DNA of 63,351 nucleotides, counting the filler. It is 6 parts of 6 records of this genome, joined end to end, with 100 filler letters (N's around TTAATTAATTAA, not from the genome) between each part and the next. Parts side by side here need not be neighbours in the genome. Positions count along the whole stretch, not along the records: positions 20,933 to 30,884 come from SRR2962707_2487; positions 30,985 to 38,948 come from SRR2962707_2490; 4 more parts are not named here. One strand, 5' to 3'. Under the pieces are notes generated by a model, which saw only the letters and a program-made list of their open reading frames with translations, made no database searches and was not told the DNA's origin. This document shows, one piece after another, positions 21,206 to 32,947 of the stretch. Position 1 is the first letter of the stretch. Every line of letters starts with the position of its first letter. The position numbers were made by a program, and so were the translations under genes.

Positions 21206-24200
21206 ATGCGTTCTTTCGCAGCTGCCGTGGGCGTATGTGCGGGCATGCTGTCGCATCTTCTCGCTGCTACCTTCCTCTTCCCAGCTTTGAGCTCTGTGTC
21301 GGCCCAGGCTGCTGCTTCTGGAGGCAGCTGCAATGAGACGTGCTTGTTCAACACCTGCGACTACTGGGTCGCGTTCGACCCTGAATACACTTGCGGAATG
21401 CTGGAAGCGAACTACTCGTGTGACTGCTCAGGCTGTGCTTGCTTCGAGGCGCACGACAAGTGCAACGCCAACTGCTTTGGCAGTGACTGCGATGAGTATG
21501 TGTCCCTTGGGTACTCGTGCAGCGATCTTGAGGCCACATACGGCTGCGATTGCAAAGGCTGCGACTGCCGCACAGCGGAAAGCGTGATCCCCTGCAATGC
21601 ATCAGCTCAGTGCCCCTCCGGACAGTTCTGCGGATCGCTGAACGGGCTGGTAACGGACTCAAGTCAGCCATTGATTGGATGCATCGCCTGTAATGTGGGG
21701 CTGTCAGACACTTGCGCGTCGATGGGAGTGTCAGTGGACAACTGCGATACCTGCCAGGGCTGCGCTGTGACCAACACGTCTTGGATCGGCGACGGCTTTT
21801 GCGACGATCAAGACGGCTACAACACAGAAGCCTGCAACTGGGACGGTGGAGACTGCTGCGCGTCAACATGTGGTGTGAACGCCACCGGGCCTTTGCCATA
21901 CGAATGTGGTGCAAACGTGGACTACACCTGCCATGATCCAAATGCCGCGGGCTTCAGCTGCACTGGCACTTGCCTCGAATACGATTGTGACTACTTCACC
22001 AACGAGGGGTACAGTTGCACAGAGCTGGAGAGTGCTTTTGGCTGTGACTGCTCCAACTGCCGCGGCTGTTTGTGCGAGCCAACCTGCCAGGGATACTCAT
22101 GTGACTACTGGAATGAAAACCACATCGGTTCGACGTGTGAAGTCATGGAAGCAGACTACCGCTGCGACTGCACCGGTTGCAATTGTTATGTTGATGCAAA
22201 CAAATGCTCCACGACATGCTACGGTTTCTCATGCGACGAGTGGGTCGCGTCTGCTGGGCAGTCTTGTTCGTATCTGGAGAGTGCACTATCTTGCAACTGC
22301 GCTGGGTGTGAGTGCCATGATCATGCTAGTGTTGATTGCACCACCAGCGATGACTGTCCCACCAACATGTTCTGCGCGGAATTTAACCGTAGCAATCTCA
22401 CTGCTCACGGCTGCTTCCACTGCTTTGATGTGAACAATGAGAAATGCTCGAATCAAGCTGTGACGCCGGTTGACGACTGCAGCGCTTCGTGTTCTGGTTG
22501 TGCCGTGGCAAAGCCATCATGGGTTGGTGACGGAATCTGCGATGACACCAAAGGCTACAATACACTCGTGTGCAGCTGGGACGGTGGAGACTGCTGCGAA
22601 AGCACCTGCGCCGGTGACGATTCCAGCTGCGGTTCCGCTGCCCCGTATCACTGTCTTGATGCATCTGCATTTGATTACGAAGGGGAATGTGCTCAGTCTT
22701 GTGTTGGCGAAACTTGCAATTTCTGGACGCGGGGTGGTTACTCTTGTGAAGTTCTTGAAGACACTTACTCCTGCAGTTGCCGAGGTTGCGCGTCCTGCGG
22801 CTGTGAACCGACGTGCAACGGCTACACTTGTGACCACTGGAACCTACTCGGAGTGTCGTGCTACGAACTCGAAAATGCGTACGGTTGTGACTGCAGTTCT
22901 TGCGACTCTTGCGCTGCGGAGAAGAATTCCGACTGCGATCCGACTGGCTGCGCCGGATACAGGTAAGCCGCTGATTGTGCTGACGTGTTGTCGCTTGGTA
23001 CACTGCCCCGCAAAAGTGTTCACACGTGTGCAGGTGCAACCAACGCAAAAAGCGCTGCCCTTGTCGGGTAGTTGACCGCGCGTTGCTTGCAAACAATGAA
23101 CAATGACATGCCTTTTCCAATGTGCAATTTGTTTCTTTACAAACAGCTGCGATCAATGGACCCTTTACCATATTGGGTACAGCTGTGAGTCTCTCGAGTC
23201 AGAGTACTCTTGTGATTGTACCGGGTGCATCTGCTACGACGCCACAAGCCAGTGCGACTCGAACTGCTACGGACTGTCGTGTGACGAATGGGTGGAAATC
23301 GGGCATACGTGCTCCTTCGCGGAAGATCACTTTGGGTGCGACTGTTCAGGTTGTGCGTGTGCTGAGCCCACAGTTTCGCCACAGCCTTGCGCTTCATCTT
23401 CTGAGTGCGCGGACTATGAGTACTGCGCCAACATCACCGCGAACGGCACTTGGTATCCGGTTTGCTCACCCTGCTACGATGAAGACGGGCAAACCTGTGC
23501 CGGACTTGGATTAAGCATTGACAGTTGTGACAAGTGCGCCGGCTGTGCAGTCCAACACCTTGAGTGGCTGAACGATGGGTACTGCGACAACACGCTTATC
23601 TACAACACTCTGAAGTGTAATTGGGACGGTGGTGACTGTTGTGAGTCCACGTGTCGCGAGCCTGCGGATGCCGTTTCATGGGCGTGTGGAACCGACGCTC
23701 CATATGCGTGCCAGGACCCAGCCGCTTCAGACTACGAAAGTACATGCGCCACGGATTGTTTCGGCGAAACTTGCGATTTCTGGGTCACTCACGGGTTCGC
23801 ATTTTGATTTCATGATCAGCCTTCGTTGCCACAAGCTGAGCTGTGCCGCTTCGCACATCCCCAACACATTCAACTCCAGCTGGCGCTTAACTTAGGTACT
23901 TGTGCGAGGAACTGGAGGGTGTTTATGGATGCAACTGCGACAACTGTGTGGACTGTGGCTGTGGTGCGTTTTGCTTGCGGTTGACTGTTTGACATTGCGA
24001 ATTGCGGCGCAACGTTACAACAACCACACTGTTAATTCCGTTTTCGCCCTGAATTCCTTCTCGGTCACCATTCGTCCCCGCACCAGGTCTGTGTTCTGGC
24101 TATTCTTGCCACTTTTGGATTGAGTACTTGGGCCTGAGCTGTTTCAACCTTGAGAACGATTATAGCTGCGATTGCAGCGGGTGCGACGAGTGTGCGAACC

Positions 24201-26474
24201 AAAAATTCAGTGAGTGCAAGACGACCGCCTGCACAATTGGCTCGCAGACATTCTCTTGTGACGCCTGGAGCCAATACCACATCGAGTACGTTTTGCGTCG
24301 TCTTATGCAGCAACTTGCCGCCTATTTCAAGTCTCGATAGTATTTCTGCGTGCTCTTCAAAGCTTGGATTTCACACGCGCTGATTGAATTCAGGTATGAC
24401 TGTGTGAACTTGGAGAACACTTACGGATGCGACTGCACGGGCTGCGAGTGCGCAAGTGATGACAATGCATGCCCCACCAACTGTTTCGGAATGACCTGTG
24501 ACGACTGGGTCAACGTGGGTCACGACTGCGACTCCCTTGAAACGTTTGACAACTGTGATTGCTCGGGGTGTGAGTGCTCATCGGAGCGTGGAACTGGATC
24601 GCGGGTGGAATGCTCCACGTCCGGGGATTGCGCAGCGTACGGCTGTGCTTGTACTCCTGTTGTGTTTTCGCTTTGATTCTGTTTGTGTACTGCACTGGCT
24701 ACTACTTACATACGTTGACGTGCGCACACTCATACATTACATGTCAAACTTGGCTTGGTTCTCTGTCACAGCGGGTTCTTCTGTGCCAACTTCACGGATA
24801 ATGCTGAGACTGGGCTGTACTGTTCACCGTGCACCGATCAAGACGACAATACGTGTCTGTCGCTGGGAACCAGCGTCGACGATTGCAACAAATGCACCGG
24901 GTGCAGTGTTATCACACAGAGCTACCTCGGTGATGGATTTTGCGACATCAATGGTGGATACAATACCAACAACTGCGACTGGGACGGTGGCGACTGGTGC
25001 GAGGCGCAACATCTCCTCTTGATTGATCAGCAACGACCTTGAAATACGTTGCAATATTGTTTTTTGTTTATTTTTCTGTTTTGGTGCACAATCGTCTTGT
25101 GGATGCAGTTGCGAATCCACGTGCCAAAATAGCATTCTGTTTGAGTGCGGATACCAGTACGCGTGCTCTGACCCCAACGCAACTGACTACAGTGGCAGCT
25201 GCAAAGCCACGTGCTTTGGGGAGACTTGTGACTACTGGGTTGCGTCGCAGGTAAGCTTTCTTATTGGACGCGAAGCATGCAGCACAACCTTTGCTCCGCG
25301 TGATCGATTTTTTCTTTGCACCTTGCATGACTTGATGTTTTTGCTATTGAAGAGTTACGCATGCGGGGAGCTTGAAAGCGCCTTCGGGTGCGACTGCTCG
25401 ACCTGCGAGTCGTGCTCATGCCCAACGTAAGCATCCAAGGGCCCATTGTTGCTTGTCGAGTGCCTTGCACTGATTGTATCCAGTGTATGATCACTGCTTG
25501 CTGTGCGGTGACGTGGTTGTTGCGAAATATGCTTCTTCGTTCGTACTGTTTGTCCTGCGTGCCGGAATTTACTGTTGGTGCTGCCATTGTACACCTCTCA
25601 TCGTTTTATGCTTGATAAGATGCCAAGGATCCTCCTGCGCATATTGGATTCACTCGGTGGGCTACACATGTGATGAGCTATTGGCAGACCATGGGTTAGT
25701 CAATGTCAATATGGTCACAAGCACGCACCTCGCAGTCATGTCAGAGGCACGACAATCTTCGTCGTGATGAGTTCTCATCGTGTGTGAAATGGGGAATTGC
25801 CTATTGTTGACTGGCTATCTGGCGCAGATGTGACTGCTCTGGGTGTTATGATTGTGCTGCCACCCGACCGTGCTCCAACGATTGCTTCGGAATTCCTTGC
25901 GTTGGGTGCGTTGCTCCATTCCAATAATTGTTGGGTGTGCGTTGGAAAGGGCACATGCGGGTCCTTCAAAACTATGATTGCACTCGTCCTTAACCAATGT
26001 GCTTTGACGACGTGTGATTCAATGTGGGTTTGGAACTTGTTGTTAAGATGGCTTTCTGGAGGTGTCACATGTGCGGACCTGGACACAACATACGGTTGTA
26101 ACTGTGCAGTGTGCACAGGGTGCTCCGTTCCCGCTCCCACAACGACGACAACACCTTCTGGGCCTTTTTCTTCTTCCACAGGCCCACCAACGACAACTTC
26201 CAATGTTGACGGTGCCGCAACGAATCCTGACCCTGAGACCAGCTCTGCTGGCACTATTGGCGGCGTTGTTGGAGCGTTGGTCGCTGTAGTGGTCATTATT
26301 GTGGTCATCGTTGTCGTCGTCCGCAAGGGCCGCGGCAAAACAAGAAGTATTTCGTACAACCACCGCGGTTCGCACCATAGCCGGCGTGCTGTTACGGGAC
26401 TCATCGATGATGGTGCTGATGGGTTTGGATCTCCAGAGAACAACGTCGGCAGCTATGAAGGTGTTACCCTCTAA
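21206..26474 (+). CDS. multi-exon (about 11 exons, ~1,300 aa) type I membrane protein: signal peptide, tandem Cys-rich repeats, four LNR (Lin12/Notch)-like modules, Ser/Thr stalk, TM, short tail
   Basis: LNR-like WIGDGFCDDQDGYNTEACNWDGGDCC occurs four times (~21780, 22520, 23570, 24925). GT-AG introns such as 22963-23146, 23795-23895 and 23964-24086 restore the repeat frame. TM GGVVGALVAVVVIIVVIVVVV followed by RKGR. Confidence 0.82.
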
Positions 26475-26747
26475 GTACTCATGGTTTTGTTTCAGTTTTT
26501 TTCCAGCATGGGCGTCCTGGCTCGTGCAGCAACTCCTGCATGAGTAAATGAGTAAGCCTCTGCATATCTCAGTCCGATCGAGATGAAACCCCGTATGGTT
26601 CGATGGTTGTTTACTTCGAGTGCGTTCTGCTTGCCATTCTTCTCAACTTGATTATACAATAAGTTAGAATGCGGGCAAAAATAGGCCCTTTCACTTTTTC
26701 ATTGCCAGAGCCCTACACAGTGACACCCTCCGAAGTGTCATTCGGCA

Positions 26748-29700
26748 TCACGGTATGTGAGGTGATTCGCGGAATAGACCTTCAGGGTTCGTGCGTGTCT
26801 GTTGCCGTGCAAAGTTGAACCCGACTCGCGAAATAGCAATACAGTCCCCGACAGATATTGTTGAGTGCGCCCACTGTGGAGGGAGGATTACAATGTCGCC
26901 AGCTCGTTGTACAAATTCATGAGGTCGACGCTGCCATTTCTTCATTCTGCTCTGCTCTTTTTGTGAAAGAAGTTCCTCGTCAAAGAAAGACGCGTACTCT
27001 TCATTCATCCATCGTCGTGTGGGCACGACCGAGTACGTTGAGTATGGTGGGGGATACGCAAACCACCTTTTGGTCCCAACTAACACCAGGTTAAGTGCAT
27101 ACTCATGAATGTGCAGGGGCGCACCTGCTCCATCAGCCCCAACCCCAATAGTCCACTGGGCCCACGAACCAGCCATTTGACTGAGATGAAAAGCATAATC
27201 GACATTGCACATCAGAAAGGATCATGCAAGCCTGCGGTCCCATAGTCCACAGGCTTGGAACTTGATTTCATGAGTGCCGATTGCAGTACGCACCTAGGCG
27301 GAAGGTTTAAGTAGGTCACCAGATCCTCCGGAATACATTCCAAGGCGGTTGAAAAAGGCTCGAGCCGAGGTTGCGCATCATAGCTGCCAGCTGCTACACG
27401 TTCGCGTTTACTTTCAAAAATATACCTGCAAGGAGAAAACAAGTGTGATCGTGCGCAAATGCGCATGTCTTCGTCGCATGCTGGACTGCCGGAAAGGACG
27501 CAACCAATGTTACTCCAGGCATACTACATCACGCACGGCACGTCTGTGAAGCCATCGTCGACGAATGCACCTGCACCTTCTCCATCCATGTATTGGTCGA
27601 TGTATTCTCCAACCGTCATGTTTTTTGTGTATCCACCATCTTCTGCATACGGAAGCACAGACAGCAGCACTGGCAAGGACGCTAATGGAGAATTTTTAAC
27701 CGACCCTTTTGCCCACAACCGCGAAAGCATGCCTGATTGGCATTCTGGCTTCACAGCGTTGCGAATAACAACCGGTCGACCCACAGCAACGAAATTGCGA
27801 ATCAATTGCGCGAGCGACGTGTCTGATGCATTCACCTCGGGGACTACTGCCGCGGCATCGATTTGTTCAAGAGTCCGTGAGGTAGTGGCATCCAAGTTAG
27901 TTCTCCAACCGCTAGGCGGAGGACCAAAAGACGAGTTCTTACTGCCGGCAAGAGGACTACCAAACTTGCCTAGCTCACAACTGCCCGTCTTTGCTGACGT
28001 ACACGTCTGCACTTCCACAGTTTGCGAGCCGTTTGTGAAGTCGTTCAAGGCAATATCGCTGCCACCGCTGTGGTGTGTGAGGTTGACAGATTGCAATACA
28101 GTCATCACTGTCCACGCCATCCACCTGACTGCATCGGCCCCGGCGACTTTGTTTGGACACAAGTCCTGGCACTTTGCCGCCACAGTCTCCGCTACACTGA
28201 TGCCGAAGATATTTTCGACCAATAATAACTGTACTTCAAGTGGCATGTTTCCCTCAGAGTGTTCACGTTCGGCGTTGCCTGTGCGGCCGGGGTTCAAAGC
28301 CGCCCAATTTGTCGCTGCTTCCAAAATCAAATGAAACCCAACAGCATCATACTGAACAGCGGCATGGTGCAACGCGGTCATACCAAAAGTGTCTGTTTGC
28401 ATTAGAACCGCCGGAAGGTCACCCGCACCCTACAGGCCCACGCATCAATACAATTCACACACACAGCCGATCCTCACCAGTTCAAAGATGCACACTCGCA
28501 CACGAGAAAGGACAATATCAAGAAGTGCACATCTAACACACGGCAACGAACCAGCACCTCTGATATTTCTCGCTCGATAGCCGCGTGGTCGAGTGTCCAC
28601 GCAAGGTACGGAAGGCTATGCAAGCGGGCCTGAACATGCTCTCCAACGGGCAGTCGCTGCTCAAAAGAAAGCTGTGAACATGCATGCAGCGTGGCCATTG
28701 CAACCAGCATTGGGAATTGGTGTTCGTCCCAACGAGGCCCAAAGGGTGTTCGTGGGGATTGCTCAGTGGGACTGTCGCTGCCTGCAAGGTCATCAGAATG
28801 GCCCTCGAAATCCACAAGCATAGCCATCCATTCGTCCGTGCTTGCCAAGTCTGCATGAGCAACTCTTGCAGCAGCTGCAGCAGCGGCTTCGGGATCGGAA
28901 GCATGGACCAAGGACACGTTCTCCGGGACCCCAATTTTGTAGCGAAACTCCCGATACTTTGAGAGAATGGTGGTAAAAGACATGCCACGCTTTACCTGCA
29001 TTCGCGCAACCGTGGAGCAACAGATTGTCGAGATTACATGGAGGCGATACCGTTCACGCCGACGGCCGCAACAGCACCAACAATAGTAACAACAACATAC
29101 TTCGGGATTTGCCTCGAGCACCTCAACGCAAAAGTGACGGGCACCACGGCGTTCAATTTTGCCTGTCAAATGCACTCGCAGGTCGTTCAGCATCTGCCGT
29201 GCCGATTTAGCTGTCGCACTCCAAAAATCCACTGCTGGTGACACTTTGGTCAGCAGCGACTGCAGCTCATGCAATACGGCGCTTGGAGCTTCGGTTTCGG
29301 ACCCTGCACTGGCGATTGCATTCGCACCCGACGCAAGATAAGGGTGCTCAGTGGACAACCACCGTGGAGCAGCTCTAACGGCGGCCGTCAAAGAACCAAA
29401 ATACCCAACACCGGCTTGTTGGGGCGAGGACGAAGTGTCCTTCGCTTCGCTACCTGGCTTCGTGACCCCGGACAAAATGGATGGCACACTGTCCACACAC
29501 GGTGTGCCAACATCGCGATTCCCGTTTCCTGAAAACAGTTCACGCATCTGCATCGCACCTTCTTCACCTCCAACCATTTGAGCAAGCTTCCAGTAGTGCA
29601 AAACTGTTGGGACACTGCACAAGTCCAGTTCTGCTGCACGTCGAGCTGCAGCAAGTGCATCCAACTCCTCCTGTGAAGCATTGTTGGTCATTCGGGGCCC

Positions 29701-30588
29701 ACCCGAAGCCAAAGCCAGAAGCACACGGCTGGTTTCAAGTGCTAGGGCGGCAGTTGGAGCGGGGGTGCGGCGAATTTGCTGAAATGCTGCGAGTGCCGAA
29801 GCACGACTGCTGCTGGGCTCACGCCTGTTTGCTGTTCGTCGTCTGCCAACGCCTGTGTCTCCACGAAGGTGGGCATTGCTGTACAATTGTCCAAGATGGA
29901 GCCACAATTCTGGTCTCTCGGGTGCGAGGAACGCCGCAAAGTGTGCTGCTTGCAGTGCGTCACCGAAGCTCTCTGGCGACAGTTGCCTTGCAAAATCACG
30001 CGCCAGTTCGTTCCAGATTTCCGCAGCTTCTGCGGCATCTTTGGCATTCACTTGACCGGATTTCACTTTCGCAACTGGGAGACTGTCTGCAAGTTTGCAC
30101 TGCTGGAAGTTCAGCCAGTTTTCACGCCGACACGCAGCCTGCTGCTGCTGCAGCTGCTTCTGCGGTGCACTCGGCAAGCACGGTCGTCGAAGTCTGCAAG
30201 GCTTGATCCTCGCAACGATGGAATCCAGCGACACCTGCGAGTGTCGAATGTCGAACTCCGTAGCCGCCGCGCCGCTACTGCCCTTCGAAAAATCTAACAG
30301 CTGAGTTGCTGCTTGGCTGCGCAGAGACGCCCCGCCCTCCTCCTGCTGCTGCTGCTGCAGCTGCTGCTGCAGCTGCTGCTGCTTGCTGGCTCGGTGACGG
30401 CTTGCGGCTCCAGAGAGCCCATTTCTTTTCCCACGCGAGACCGCCTCGTACGGGGCAGCTTGGACGAGTGCTGCCCGGTCGTTGACCACGCACAACAAGC
30501 CCGTGAGGGCGAGCACAACAAGAAGACGAACCAGAAGCGAGTGGCCAGTGCAGAAGAAGAAGAAGAAGAAGAAGGGCACAGGCGCCAT
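26748..30588 (-). CDS. multi-exon JmjC (JMJD8-type, HxH...H) protein with N-terminal signal/anchor, poly-Gln, TPR-like and ankyrin-like segments
   Basis: Last exon GAGAPLHIHEYALNLVLVGTKRWFAYPP...QRAGDIVILPPQWAHST; GRPVVIRNA (JmjC N-part); TDTFGMTALHHAA (ankyrin); AAFLAPERPELWLHLGQLY (TPR-like); collinear same-strand ORFs. Exact exon borders were not all resolved. Confidence 0.72.
30343..30385. repeat. CTG/CAG trinucleotide repeat encoding a poly-Gln tract
   Basis: KQQQLQQQLQQQQQE in the minus-strand ORF. Confidence 0.85.
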
Positions 30589-30859
30589 GACTGACTCTGT
30601 GGCCTCAGCTCCCTCTCCCTCTCCCTTCCGCCCTCTCGACCTCTCGACCTCGCGCTGTCTCAGCCTCTCGCTCTCTCCCTCTCTCTTTCGAGACGCTTTT
30701 CGATCAAACTCTCTAACTCCCTCTCATGCATGGACAAGGTCAATTCTCCCAGAAGAAGCCTCGTTTGGTTTTGCCAAGTTCGTCATCAACTTTGATGCTT
30801 CGCAACGAGAGAGGGAGTTGGTTCCGCTTACTTGCACTGGAAGCAGGTGTCGAAACAAT

Positions 30860-30884
30860 GAGAGAGAGAGAGAGAGAGAGAGAG
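30860..30884. repeat. (GA)n microsatellite at contig end
   Basis: gagagagaga run abutting the spacer. Confidence 0.9.
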
Positions 30885-30984
30885 NNNNNNNNNNNNNNNN
30901 NNNNNNNNNNNNNNNNNNNNNNNNNNNNTTAATTAATTAANNNNNNNNNNNNNNNNNNNNNNNNNNNNNNNNNNNNNNNNNNNN
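30885..30984. other. artificial contig spacer
   Basis: N44-TTAATTAATTAA-N44. Confidence 0.99.
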
Positions 30985-31215
30985 GTTGGCAATGCTTTCG
31001 CGGCCATAGCCGACATTGACCGTCCAGACACCGCCGGACACGGCATCAAGGTGTTCCTTGCCGTGCTGGTCCCAGACCTTCATCCCCTTACCTTCGACGA
31101 TGATGCGGGGGTCGGTCGTTTCATAGGGTTTGTGCTGGCTCAGGTGATGCCAGACGTGGGCCTTGTCTGCCGCCACGACGCGGCTGAGATCGTTATCGGA
31201 AAAGGTGCCGTCCAT
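30985..31215 (-). CDS. class III PLP aminotransferase, N-terminal fragment (resembles roseobacter taurine-pyruvate aminotransferase)
   Basis: MDGTFSDNDLSRVVAADKAHVWHHLSQHKP...IIVEGKGMKVWDQHGKEHLDAVSGGVWTVNVGYGRESI; AGGAG RBS upstream. Confidence 0.85.
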
Positions 31216-31540
31216 GGGGTATACTCCTGTTGAATGGGGCGGGCCCTGAAAATGGCCCCGGGGCGGGATCACGGCCGCGTTCATCGTACAACAGCCCCTT
31301 TTCCGGTGCAAAGGTTAGGGCCAGATATTCCCATCGTATAAGTCCAGTTTATGTGGAACTGGCGCCAAGCGGCTGCAGGTGGGCAGACAAGCGGTGAAAA
31401 CCCGGGCGCCAGTGCCGGTTTTTATAGCGTGCAGTCTGCCGATGGTATGGCCGCGAGACGGGAGTTTTGTTGGACCGGAAGAAATTGTACGACGTAAGGC
31501 CATGGCTTTCGGGTGGCCGCGCGCCGCTGTAGAGTGCGTT

Positions 31541-32311
31541 ATGGATTCGCAAATCGACTGGCATAGCGCGCGGGCCCTGCTGGAATGGCAGGTCGAACTT
31601 GGGGTGACCGAAGCGATTTCGGACACGCCGGTGAACCGCTATGAGGCCGCAATCGAGGCGGTCGCGGCTGCCGCCACCGTGGCGGCAGCCGGACCGCAGC
31701 CCATGGCAAAGGCCGATCCGGTAGAGGTTGCGGAAAAGGCTGCGGCGGCGGCGCAGGATCTGGATGCGCTGCGCCGCGCGGTTGAGAGTTATGGCCATTG
31801 CGATTTGCAAAAGGGCGCGCGCAACCTTGTCTTTTGCGACGGCACGCCGACCGCGCGGGTCATGTTGATCGGAGAAGCGCCAGGTCGCGAAGAAGATATG
31901 CACGGCAAGCCCTTTGTGGGTAAGTCGGGGCAACTCCTGGACCGGATGCTTGCCGCCATCGGGCTTGGCCGTGACCGCGACGACGACGCGGCGGTCTATA
32001 TCACCAACGTCCTGCCCTGGCGGCCGCCGCAGAACCGTGACCCGAATCCGGCGGAAATTGCCATGATGCTGCCGTTCCTGAAACGGCACGTGGCGCTGGC
32101 AAATCCCGATGTGCTTGTGCTGGTGGGCAATATTTCCTGTCAGGCGGTGCTAGGGAAACGCGGTATTACGCGGCTGCGTGGCCAGTGGACCGAGGCATTC
32201 GGGCGACCCGCGATGCCGATTGTCCACCCCGCCTATCTGCTGCGTCAACCCATCGCCAAGCGCGAGGCCTGGGCAGATCTGCTAAGTCTGCAGTCGAAAC
32301 TGAAGGGATAG
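31541..32311 (+). CDS. uracil-DNA glycosylase, family 4
   Basis: IGEAPGREED...PFVGKSGQLL, YITNVLPWRPPQNRDP, HPAYLLR. Confidence 0.93.
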   Translation: MDSQIDWHSARALLEWQVELGVTEAISDTPVNRYEAAIEAVAAAATVAAAGPQPMAKADPVEVAEKAAAAAQDLDALRRAVESYGHCDLQKGARNLVFCDGTPTARVMLIGEAPGREEDMHGKPFVGKSGQLLDRMLAAIGLGRDRDDDAAVYITNVLPWRPPQNRDPNPAEIAMMLPFLKRHVALANPDVLVLVGNISCQAVLGKRGITRLRGQWTEAFGRPAMPIVHPAYLLRQPIAKREAWADLLSLQSKLKG

Positions 32312-32314
32312 GAA

Positions 32315-32857
32315 ATGAGCCGTATCGACGACACCCGCGCCTTTGTGCCCGTGCGCATTGCCATCCTGACGGTGAGCGACACGCGTGACGCCACGCAGGA
32401 CCGGTCGGGCGACACGCTGGTCGAACGGTTGACGCAGGCCGGGCATGTCATGGCCGATCGTGCAATCCTGCGGGACGAACGTACCCAGATTGCTGCGCAG
32501 CTGCGCGACTGGTGCGCCGATCCGACCATAGATGTGGTGATTTCGACCGGTGGCACCGGCCTGACCGGACGGGACGTGACGGTCGAGGCGCACCGCGACG
32601 TATATGAGAAAGAGATTGATGCCTTTGGCACCATCTTTACCATCGTGTCGATGCAGAAGATTGGCACAAGCGCTGTGCAAAGCCGCGCAACCGGCGGCGT
32701 GGCCAATGGCACCTATCTTTTTGCCCTGCCCGGCAGCCCAGGGGCCTGCAAGGATGCCTGGGACGAAATTCTGGTCAAACAGTTTGATTATCGCCACCGG
32801 CCTTGCAACTTTGTCGAAATATTACCGCGTCTCGACGAACATCAGCGACGGAAATAG
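32315..32857 (+). CDS. moaB: molybdenum cofactor biosynthesis protein B
   Basis: LTVSDTR, STGGTGLTGRDVT, QSRATGG, ALPGSPGACKDAW, RPCNFVE. Confidence 0.95.
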   Translation: MSRIDDTRAFVPVRIAILTVSDTRDATQDRSGDTLVERLTQAGHVMADRAILRDERTQIAAQLRDWCADPTIDVVISTGGTGLTGRDVTVEAHRDVYEKEIDAFGTIFTIVSMQKIGTSAVQSRATGGVANGTYLFALPGSPGACKDAWDEILVKQFDYRHRPCNFVEILPRLDEHQRRK

Positions 32858-32947
32858 TCGTGTCGCCCGTATCAGCTGTCACGCGGTTGTGGTTTGGCAG
32901 GCGCTGTGCGCCCGCTAAGTATGGCGTATGACAGAAAAAGGGGAACT

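Noticed and set aside
21206-26474. True Notch orthologue, or stop-codon recoding to explain the broken Cys-rich ORFs
   Set aside because: No EGF, NOD or ankyrin region; canonical GT-AG introns account for every break examined
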